Made by a program: the position numbers and the translations under genes. A DNA stretch of 64,000 nucleotides, taken from NCBI RefSeq assembly GCF_009914755.1, contig NC_060925.1; one strand, given 5' to 3'. The notes below the pieces were generated by a model, which ran no database searches, was not told the origin of the DNA, and worked only from the letters and a program-made list of their open reading frames with translations. Below are positions 13,357-25,300 of the stretch, piece after piece. The stretch's first letter is position 1. Every line of letters starts with the position of its first letter. This DNA is from the human T2T-CHM13v2.0 reference genome, Homo sapiens.

Positions 13357-16300
13357 AACACAAGGAAGTTACTGAGAATTCTTCTGTCTAGCATAATATG
13401 AAGAAATCCCGTTTCCAACGAAGGCCTCAAAGGGGTCTGAATATCCACTTGCAGACTTTATAAACAGAGTGTTTACTAACTGCTCTATGAAAAGAAAGGT
13501 TAAACTCTGTGAGTTGAACACACACATCACAAAGGAGTTTCTGAGAATCATTCTGTCTAGTTTTTCTACGAAGATATTTCCTTTTCTACTATTGACCTGA
13601 AAGCGGCTGAAATCTCCACTTGCAAATTCCACAAAAAGAGTGTTTCAAGTCTGCTCTGTGTAAAGGATCGTTCAACTCTGTGAGTTGAATACACACAACA
13701 CAAGGAAGTTACTGAGAATTCTTCTGTCTAGCAGAATATGAAGAAATCCCGTTTCCAACGAAGGCATCAAGGAGGTCTGAATATCCACTTGCAGACTTTA
13801 CAAACAGAGTGTTTCCTAACTGCTCTATGAACAGAAAGGTTAAACTCTGTGAGTTGAACGCACACATCACAAAGGAGTTTCTGAGAATCATTCTGTCTAG
13901 TCTTTATACGAAGATATTTCCTATTCTACCATTGACCTCAAAGCGGCTGAAATCTCCACTTGCAAATTCCACAAAAAGAGTGTTTCAAGTCTGCTCTGTG
14001 TAAAGGATCATTCAACTCTGTGAGTTGAATAAACACAACACAAGGAAGTTACTGAGAATTCTTCTGTCTAGCAGAATATGAAGAAATCCCGTTTCCAACG
14101 AAGGCCTCAAGGTGGTCTGAATATCCACTTGCAGACTTTTCAAACAGAGTGTTTCCTAACTGCTCTATGAAAAGAAAGGTTAAACTCTGTGAGTTGAACG
14201 CACACATCACAAAGGAGTTTATGAGAATCATTCTGTCTAGTTTCTATAAGAAGATATTTCCTATTCTACCATTGACCTCAAAGCGGCTGAAATCTCCACT
14301 TGCAAATTCGACAAAAAGAGTGTTTCAAGCCTGCTCTCTGTAAAGGATCCTTCAACTCTGTGAGTTGAATACACACAACACAAGGAAGTTACTGAGAATT
14401 ATTCTGTCTAGCAAAATATGAAGAAATCCCGTTTCCAACGAAGGCCTCAAAGAGGTCTGAATATCCACTTGCAGACTTTACAAACAGAGTGTTTCCTAAC
14501 TGCTCTATGAGAAGAAAAGTTAAACTCTGTGAGTTGAACGCACACATCACAAAAGATTTTCTGAGAATCATTCTGTCTAGTCTTTATATGAAGATAGTTT
14601 CCTTTTCTACCATTGACCTCAAAGCGGCTGAAATCTCCACTTGCAAATTCCACAAAAAGAGTGTTTCAAGTCTGCTCTGTGTAAAGGATCGTTCAACTCT
14701 GTGAGTTGAATACACACAACACAAGGAAGTTACTGAGAATTCTTCTGTCTAGCAGAATATGAAGAAATCCCGTTTCCAACGAAGGCCACAAGATGTCAAA
14801 ATATCCACTTACAGACTTTACAAACAGAGTGTTTCCTAACTGCTCTATGAACAGAAAGGTTAAACTCTGTGAGTTGAACGAACACATCACAACGCAGTTT
14901 GTGGGAATGATTCTGTCTAGTTTTGAAAGGAAGATATTTCAGTTTCAGCCGTTGACCTTAAAGCGCTTGAAATCTACACTTGCAAATTGCACAAATAGGC
15001 TGTTTCAAATCTGCTCTGTCTAAGGGAACGTTCAACTCTGTGAGTTGAATGCACACAACACAAGGAAGTTACTGGGAATTCTTCTGTCTAGCCTTACATG
15101 AAAAAAACCCGTTTCCAACGAAGGCCTCTAAGTGGTCAAAATATCCACGTGCAGACTTTACAAACAGAGTGTTTCCAAACCGCTGAATGAAAAGAAAAGT
15201 TAAACTCTGAGAGTTGAACGCACACATCACGCAGCAGTTTCTGAGAATGATTCTGTCTAGTTTTTATACGAAGATATTTCCTTTTCTGCCTTTGGCCCCA
15301 AAGCGCTTGAAATCTCCACTTGCAAATTCCACAAAAACAGTGTTTCAAATCTGCTCTCTCTAAATGAAAGTTCAACTCTGTCAGTTGAATACACACAACA
15401 CAAGGAAGTTACTGAGAATTCTTCTGTCTAGCATAATATGAAGAAATCCCGTTTCAAACGAAGGCCTCAAAGGGGTCTGAATATCCACTTGCAGACTTTA
15501 TAAACAGAGTGTTTACTAACTGCTCTATGAAAAGAAAGGTTAAACTCTGTGAGTTGAACACACACATCACAAAGGAGTTTCTGAGAATCATTCTGTCTAG
15601 TTTTTCTACGAAGATATTTCCTTTTCTACTATTGACCTCAAAGCGGCTGAAATCTACACTTGCAAATTCCACAAAAAGAGTGTTTCAAGTCTGCTCTGTG
15701 TAAAGGATCGTTCAACTCTGTGAGTTGAATACACACAACACAACGAAGTTGCTGAGAATTCTTCTGTCTAGCAGAATATGAAGAAATCCCGTTTCCAACG
15801 AAGGCCTCAAGGAGGTCTGAATATCCACTTGCAGACTTTACAAACAGAGTGTTTCCTAACTGCTCTATGAACAGAAAGGTTAAACTCTGTGAGTTGAACG
15901 CACACAACACAAAGGAGTTTCTGAGAATCATTCTGTCTAGTCTTTATACGAAGATATTTCCTATTCTACCATTGACCTCAAAGCGGCTGAAATCTCCACT
16001 TGCAAATTCCACAAAAAGAGTGTTTCAAGTCTGCTCTGTGTAAAGGATCATTCAACTCTGTGAGTTGAATAAACACAACACAAGGAAGTTACTGAGAATT
16101 CTTCTGTCTAGCAGAATATGAAGAAATCCCGTTTCCAACGAAGGCCTCAAGGAGGTCTGAATATCCACTTGCAGACTTTTCAAACAGAGTGTTTCCTAAC
16201 TGCTCTATGAAAAGAAAGGTTAAACTCTGTGAGTTGAACGCACACATCACAAAGGAGTTTTTGAGAATCATTCTGTCTAGTTTCTATAAGAAGATATTTC

Positions 16301-19300
16301 CTATTCTACCTTTGACCTCAAAGCGGCTGAAATCTCCACTTGCAAATTCGACAAAAAGAGTGTTTCAAGCCTGCTCTCTGTAAAGGATCCTTCAACTCTG
16401 TGAGTTGAATACACACAACACAAGGAAGTTACTGAGAATTATTCTGTCTAGCAAAATATGAAGAAATCCCGTTTCCAACGAAGGCCTCAAAGAGGTCTGA
16501 ATATCCACTTGCAGACTTTACAAACAGAGTGTTTCCTAACTGCTCTATGAGAAGAAAAGTTAAACTCTGTGAGTTGAACGCACACATCACAAAAGATTTT
16601 CTGAGAATCATTCTGTCTAGTCTTTATATGAAGATAGTTTCCTTTTCTACCATTGACCTCAAAGCGGCTGAAATCTCCACTTGCAAATTCCACAAAAAGA
16701 GTGTTTCAAGTCTGCTCTGTGTAAAGGATCGTTCAACTCTGTGAGTTGAATACACACAACACAAGGAAGTTACTGAGAATTCTTCTGTCTAGCAGAATAG
16801 GAAGAAATCCCGTTTCCAACGAAGGCCACAAGATGTCAGAATATCCACTTACAGACTTTACAAACAGAGTGTTTCCTAACTGCTCTATGAACAGAAAGGT
16901 TAAACTCTGTGAGTTGAACGAACACATCACAACGCAGTTTGTGGGAATGATTCTGTCTAGTTTTGAAACGAAGATATTTCCTTTTCTGCCGTTGACCTTA
17001 AAGCGCTTGAAATCTACACTTGCAAATTGCACAAATAGAGTGTTTCAAATCTGCTCTGTCTAAGGGAACGTTCAACTCTGTGAGTTGAATGCACACAACA
17101 CAAGGAAGTTACTGGGAATTCTTCTGTCTAGCCTTACATGAAAAAACCCGTTTCCAACGAAGGCCTCTAAGTGGTCAAAATATACACGTGCAGACTTTAC
17201 AAACAGAGTGTTTCCAAACCGCTGAATGAAAAGAAAAGTTAAACTCTGAGAGTTGAACGCACACATCACGCAGCAGTTTCTGAGAATGATTCTGTCTAGT
17301 TTTTATACGAAGATATTTCCTTTTCTGCCTTTGGCCCCAAAGCGCTTGAAATCTCCACTTGCAAATTCCACAAAAACAGTGTTTCAAATCTGCTCTCTCT
17401 AAATGAAAGTTCAACTCTGTCAGTTGAATACACACAACACAAGGAAGTTACTGAGAATTCTTCTGTCTAGCATAATATGAAGAAATCCCGTTTCCAACGA
17501 AGGCCTCAAAGGGGTCTGAATATACACTTGCAGACTTTATAAACAGAGTGTTTCCTAACTGCTCTATGAACAGAAAGGTTAAACTCTGTGAGTTGAACGA
17601 ACACATCACAACGCAGTTTGTGGGAATGATTCTGTCTAGTTTTGAAACGAAGATATTTCCTTTTCTGCCGTTGACCTTAAAGCACTTGAAATCTACACTT
17701 GCAAATTGCACAAATAGAGTGTTTCAAATCTGCTCTGTCTAAGGGAACGTTCAACTCTGTGAGTTGAATGCACACAACACAAGGAAGTTACTGGGAATTC
17801 TTCTGTCTAGCCTTACATGAAAAAACCCGTTTCCAACGAAGGCCTCTAAGTGGTCAAAATATCCACGTGCAGACTTTACAAACAGAGTGTTTCCAAACCG
17901 CTGAATGAAAAGAAAATTTAAGCTCTGAGAGTTGAACGCACACATCACGCAGCAGTTTCTGAGAATGATTCTGTCTAGTTTTTATACGAAGATATTTCCT
18001 TTTCTGCCTTTGGCCCCAAAGCGCTTGAAATCTCCACTTGCAAATTCCACAAAAACAGTGTTTCAAATCTGCTCTCTCTAAATGAAAGTTCAACTCTGTC
18101 AGTTGAATACACACAACACGAGGAAGTTACTGAGAATTCTTCTGTCTAGCATAATATGAAGAAATCCCGTTTCCAACGAAGGCCTCAAAGGGGTCTGAAT
18201 ATCCACTTGCAGACTTTATAAACAGAGTGTTTACTAACTGCTCTATGAAAAGAAAGGTTAAACTCTGTGAGTTGAACACACACATCACAAAGGAGTTTCT
18301 GAGAATCATTCTGTCTAGTTTTTCTACGAAGATATTTCCTTTTCTACTATTGACCTGAAAGCGGCTGAAATCTCCACTTGCAAATTCCACAAAAAGAGTG
18401 TTTCAAGTCTGCTCTGTGTAAAGGATCGTTCAACTCTGTGAGTTGAATACACACAACACAAGGAAGTTACTGAGAATTCTTCTGTCTAGCAGAATAGGAA
18501 GAAATCCCGTTTCCAACGAAGGCCTCAAAGAGGTCTGAATATCCACTTGCAGACTTTACAAACAGAGTGTTTCCTAACTGCTCTATGAAAAGAAAAGTTA
18601 AACTCTGTGAGTTGAACGCACACATCACAAAGGAGTTTCTGAGAATCGTTCTGTCTAGTTTCTATAGGAAGATATTTCCTATTCTACCATTGACCTCAAA
18701 GCGGCTGAAATCTCCACTTGCAAATTCCACAAAAAGAATGTTTCCAGTCTGCTCTGTGTAAAGGATCGTTCAACTCTGTGAGTTGAATACACACAACACA
18801 AGGAAGTTACTGAGAATTATTCTGTCTAGCATAATATGAAGAAATCCCGTGTCCAACGAAGGCCTCAAAGAGGTCTGAATATCCACTTGCACACTTTACA
18901 AACAGAGTGTTTCCTAACTGCTCTATGAAAAGAAAAGTTAAACTCTGTGAGTTGAACGCACACATCACAAAGGAGTTTATGAGAATCATTCTGTCTAGTC
19001 TTTATACGAAGATATTTCCTTTTCTACCATTGACCTCAAAGCGGCTGAAATCTCCACTTGCAAATTCCACAAAAAGAGTGTTTCAAGTCTGCTCTGTGTA
19101 AAGGATCGTTCAACTCTGTGAGTAGAATACACACAACACAAGGAAGTTACTGAGAATTCTTCTGTCTAGCAGAATATGAAGAAATCCCGGTTCCAACGAA
19201 GGCCTCAAGGAGGTCTGAATAACCACTTGCAGACTTTACAAACAGAGTGTTTCCTAACTGCTCTATGAACAGAAAGGTTAAACTCTGTGAGTTGAACGCA

Positions 19301-22300
19301 CACATCACAAAGGAGTTTCTGAGAATCATTCTGTCTAGTCTTTATACGAAGATATTTTCTTTTCTACCATTGACTTCAAAGCGGCTGAAATCTCCACTTG
19401 CAAATTCCACAAAAAGAGTGTTTCAAGTCTGCTCTGTGTAAAGGATCATTCAACTCTGTGAGTTGAATAAACACAACACAAGGAAGTTACTGAGAATTAT
19501 TCTGTCTAGCATAATATGAAGAAATCCCGTTTCCAACGAAGGCCTCAAAGAGGTCTGAATATCCACTTGCAGACTTTACAAACAGAGTGTTTCCTAACTG
19601 CTCTATGAGAAGAAAAGTTAAACTCTGTGAGTTGAACGCACACATCACAAAAGATTTTCTGAGAATCATTCTGTCTAGTCTTTATATGAAGATAGTTTCC
19701 TTTTCTACCATTGACCTCAAAGCGGCTGAAATCTCCACTTGCAAATTCCACAAAAAGAGTGTTTCAAGTCTGCTCTGTGTAAAGGATCGTCCAATTCTGT
19801 GAGTTGAATACACACAACACAAGGAAGTTACTGAGAATTCTTCTGTCTAGCAGAATATGAAGAAATCCCGTTTCCAACGAAGGCCACAAGTTGTCAGAAT
19901 ATCCACTTGCAGACTTTACAAACAGAGTGTTTCCTAACTGCTCTATGAACAGAAAGGTTAAACTCTGTGAGTTGAACGAACACATCACAACGCAGTTTGT
20001 GGGAATGATTCTGTCTAGTTTTGAAACGAAGATATTTCCTTTTCTGCCGTTGACCTTAAAGCGCTTGAAATCTACACTTGCAAATTGCACAAATAGAGTG
20101 CTTCAAATCTGCTCTGTCTAAGGGAACGTTCAACTCTGTGAGTTGAATGCACACAACACAAGGAAGTTACTGGGAATTCTTCTGTCTAGCCTTACATGAA
20201 GAAAACCCGTTTCCAACGAAGGCCTCTAAGTGGTCAAAATATCCACGTGCAGACTTTACAAACAGAGTGTTTCCAAACCGCTGAATGAAAAGAAAAGTTA
20301 AACTCTGAGAGTTGAACGCACACATCACGCAGCAGTTTCTGAGAATGATTCTGTCTAGTTTTTATACGAAGATATTTACTTTTCTGCCTTTGGCCCCAAA
20401 GCGCTTGAAATCTCCACTTGCAAATTCCACAAAAACAGTGTTTCAAATCTGCTCTCTCTAAATGAAAGTTCAACTCTGTCAGTTGAATACACACAACACA
20501 AGGAAGTTACTGAGAATTCTTCCGTCTAGCATAATATGAAGAAATCCCGTTTCCAACGAAGGCCTCAAAGGGGTCTGAATATCCACTTGCAGACTTTATA
20601 AACAGAGTGTTTACTAACTGCTCTATGAAAAGAAAGGTTAAACTCTGTGAGTTGAACACACACATCACAAAGGAGTTTCTGAGAATCATTCTGTCTAGTT
20701 TTTCTACGAAGATATTTCCTTTTCTACTATTGACCTGAAAGCGGCTGAAATCTCCACTTGCAAATTCCACAAAAAGAGTGTTTCAAGTCTGCTCTGTGTA
20801 AAGGATCGTTCAACTCTGTGAGTTGACTACACACAACACAAGGAAGTTACTGAGAATTCTTCTGTCTAGCATAATATGAAGAAATCCCGTTTCCAACGAA
20901 GGCCTCAAAGAGGTCTGAATATCCACTTGCAGACTTTACAAACAGAGTGTTTCCTAACTGCTCTATGAAAAGAAAAGTTAAACTCTTTGAGTTGAACGCA
21001 CACATCACAAAGGAGTTTCTGAGAATCATTCTGTCTAGTCTTTATACGAAGATATTTCCTTTTCTACCATTGACCTCAAAGCGGCTGAAATCTCCACTTG
21101 CAAATTCCACAAAAAGAGTGTTTCAAGTCTGCTCTGTGTAAAGGATCGTTCAACTCTGTGAGTTGAATACACACAACACAAGGAAGTTACTGAGAATTCT
21201 TCTGTCTAGCAGAATATGAAGAAATCCCGTTTCCAACGAAGGCCTCAAGGAGGTCTGAATATCCACTTGCAGACTTTACAAACAGAGTGTTTACTAACTG
21301 CTCTATGAAAAGAAAGGTTAAACTCTGTGAGTTGAACACACACATCACAAAGGAGTTTCTGAGAATCATTCTGTCTAGTTTTTCTACGAAGATATTTCCT
21401 TTTCTACTATTGACCTCAAAGCGGCTGAAATCTCCACTTGCAAATTCCACAAAAAGAGTGTTTCAAGTCTGCTCTGTGTAAAGGATCGTTCAACTCTGTG
21501 AGTTGAATACACACAACACAAGGAAGTTACTGAGAATTCTTCTGTCTAGCAGAATATGAAGAAACCCCGTTTCCAACGAAGGCCTCAAGGAGGTCTGAAT
21601 ATCCACTTGCAGACTTTACAAACAGAGTGTTTCCTAACTGCTCTATGAAAAGAAAAGTTAAACTCAGTGAGTTGAACGCACACATCACAAAGGAGTTTCT
21701 GAGAATCATTCTGTCTAGTCTTTATACGAAGATATTTCCTTTTCTACCATTGACCTCAAAGCGGCTGAAATCTCCACTTGCAAATTCCACAAAAAGTGTG
21801 TTTCAAGTCTGCTCTGTGTAAAGGATCGTTCAACTCTGTGAGTAGAATACACACAACACAAGGAAGGTACTGAGAATTCTTCTGTCTAGCAGAATATGAA
21901 GAAATCCCGTTTCCAACGAAGGCCTCAAGGAGGTCTGAATATCCACTTGCAGACTTTACAAACAGAGTGTTTCCTAACTGCTCTATGAACAGAAAGGTTA
22001 AACTCTGTGAGTTGAACGCACACATCACAAAGTAGTTTCTGAGAATCATTCTGTCTAGTCTTTATACGAAGATATTTACTTTTCTAACATTGACTTCAAA
22101 GCGGCTGAAATCTCCACTTGCAAATTCCACAAAAAGAGTGTTTCAAGTCTGCTCTGTGTAAAGGATCATTCAACTCTGTGAGTTGAATAAACACAACACA
22201 AGGAAGTTACTGAGAATTCTTCTGTCTAGCAGAATATGAAGAAATCCCGTTTCCAACGAAGGCCACATGATGTCAGAATATCCACTTGCAGACTTTACAA

Positions 22301-25300
22301 ACAGAGTGTTTCCTAACTGCTCTATGAACAGAAAGGTTAAACTCTGTGAGTTGAACGAACACATCACAACGCAGTTTGTGGGAATGATTCTGTCTAGTTT
22401 TGAAACGAAGATATTTCCTTTTCTGCCGTTGACCTTAAAGCGCTTGAAATCTACACTTGCAAATTGCACAAATAGAGTGTTTCAAATCTGCTCTGTCTAA
22501 GGGAACGTTCAACTCTGTGAGTTGAATGCACACAACACAAGGAAGTTACTGGGAATTCTTCTGTCTAGCCTTACATGAAAAAAACCCGTTTCCAACGAAG
22601 GCCTCTAAGTGGTCAAAATATCCACGTGCAGACTGTACAAACAGAGTGTTTCCAAACCGCTGAATGAAAAGAAAAGTTAAACTCTGAGAGTTCAACGCAC
22701 ACATCACGCAGCAGTTTCTGAGAATGATTCTGTCTAGTTTTTATACGAAGATATTTCCTTTTCTGCCTTTGGCCCCAAAGCGCTTGAAATCTCCACTTGC
22801 AAATTCCACAAAAACAGTGTTTCAAATCTGCTCTCTCTAAATGAAAGTTCAACTCTGTCAGTTGAATACACACAACACAAGGAAGTTAATGAGAATTCTT
22901 CTGTCTAGCATAATATGAAGAAATCCCGTTTCCAACGAAGGCCTCAAAGGGGTCTGAATATCCACTTGCAGACTTTATAAACAGAGTGTTTACTAACTGC
23001 TCTATGAAAAGAAAGGTTAAACTCTGTGAGTAGAACACACACATCACAAAGGAGTTTCTGAGAATCATTCTTTCTAGTTTTTCTACGAAGATATTTCCTT
23101 TTCTACTATTGACCTCAAAGCGGCTGAAATCTCCACTTGCAAATTCCACAAAAAGAGTGTTTAAAGTCTGCTCTGTGTAAAGGATCGTTCAACTCTGTGA
23201 GTTGAATACACACAACACAAGGAAGTTACTGAGAATTCTTCTGTCTAGCAGAATATGAAGAAATCCCGTTTCCAACGAAGGCCTCAAAGAGGTCTGAATA
23301 TCCACTTGCAGACTTTACAAACAGAGTGTTTCCTAACTGCTCTATGAAAAGAAAGGTTAAACTCTGTGAGTTGAACGCACACATCACAAAGGAGTTTCTG
23401 AGAATCGTTCTGTCTAGTTTCTATAGGAAGATATTTCCTATTCTACCATTGACCTCAAAGCGGCTGAAATCTCCACTTGCAAATTCCACAAAAAGAATGT
23501 TTCAAGTCTGCTCTGTGTAAAGGATCGTTCAACTCTGTGAGTTGAATACACACAACACAAGGAACTTACTGAGAATTCTTCTGTCTAGCAGAATATGAAG
23601 AAATCCCGTTTCCAACGAAGGCCTCAAGGAGGTCTGAATATCCACTTGCAGACTGTATAAACAGAGTGTTTCCTAACTGCTCTATGAACAGAAAGGTTAA
23701 ACTCTGTGAGTTGAACGAACACATCACAACGCAGTTTGTGGGAATGATTCTGTCTAGTTTTGAAAAGAAGAAATTTCCTTTTCTGCCATTGACCTTAAAG
23801 CGCTTGAAATCTACACTTGCAAATTGCACAAATAGAGTGTTTCAAATCTGCTCTGTCTAAGGGAACGTTCAACTCTGTGAGTTGAATGCACACAACACAA
23901 GGAAGTTACTGGGAATTCTTCTGTCTAGCCTTACATGAAGAAAACCCGTTTCCAACGAAGGCGTCTAAGAGGTCAAAATATCCACGTGCAGACTTTACAA
24001 AGAGAGTGTTTCCAAACCGCTGAATGAAAAGAAAAGTTAAACTCTGAGAGTTGAACGCAGACATCACGCAGCAGTTTCTGAGAATGATTCTGTCTAGTTT
24101 TTATACGAAGATATTTCCTTTTCTGCCTTTGGCCCCAAAGCGCTTGAAATCTCCACTTGCAAATTCCACAAAAACAGTGTTTCAAATCTGCTCTCTCTAA
24201 ATGAAAGTTCAACTCTGTCAGTTGAATACACACAACACAAGGAAGTTACTGAGAATTCTTCTGTCTAGCATAATATGAAGAAATCCCGTTTCCAACGAAG
24301 GCCTCAAAGGGGTCTGAATATCCACTTGCAGACTTTATAAACAGAGTGTTTACTAACTGCTCTATGAAAAGAAAGGTTAAACTCTGTGAGTTGAACACAC
24401 ACATCACAAAGGAGTTTCTGAGAATCATTCTGTCTAGTTTTTCTACGAAGATATTTCCTTTTCTACTATTGACCTCAAAGCGGCTGAAATCTCCACTTGC
24501 AAATTCCACAAAAAGAGTGTTTCAAGTCTGCTCTGTGTAAAGGATCGTTCAACTCTGTGAGTTGAATACACACAACACAAGGAAGTTACTGAGAATTCTT
24601 CTGTCTAGCAGAATATGAAGAAATCCCGTTTCCAACGAAGGCCTCAAGGAGGTCTGAATATCCACTTGCAGACTTTACAAACAGAGTGTTTCCTAACTGC
24701 TCTATGAACAGAAAGGTTAAACTCTGTGAGTTGAACGCACACATCACAAAGGAGTTTCTGAGAATCATTCTGTCTTGTTTCTATAGGAAGATATTTCCTA
24801 TTCTACCATTGACCTCAAAGCGGCTGAAATCTCCACTTGCAAATTCCACAAAAAGAGTGTTTCAAGTCTGCTCTGTGTAAAGGATCGTTCAACTCTGTGA
24901 GTTGAATACACACAACACAAGGAAGTTAGTGAGAATTCTTCTGTCTAGCAGAATATGAAGAAATCCCGTTTCCAACGAAGGCCTCAAGGAGGTCTGAATA
25001 TCCACTTGCAGACTTTACAAACAGAGTGTTTCCTAACTGCTCTATGAACAGAAAGGTTAAACTCTGTGAGTTGAACGCACACATCACAAAGGAGTTTCTG
25101 AGAATCATTCTGTCTAGTCTTTATACGAAGATATTTCCTTTTCTACCATTGACCTCAAAGCGGCTGAAATCTCCACTTGCAAATTCCACAAAAAGAGTGT
25201 TTCAAGTCTGCTCTGTGTAAAGGATCATTCAACTCTGTGAGTTGAATAAACACATCACAAGGAAGTTACTGAGAATTCTTCTGTCTAGCAGAATATGAAG

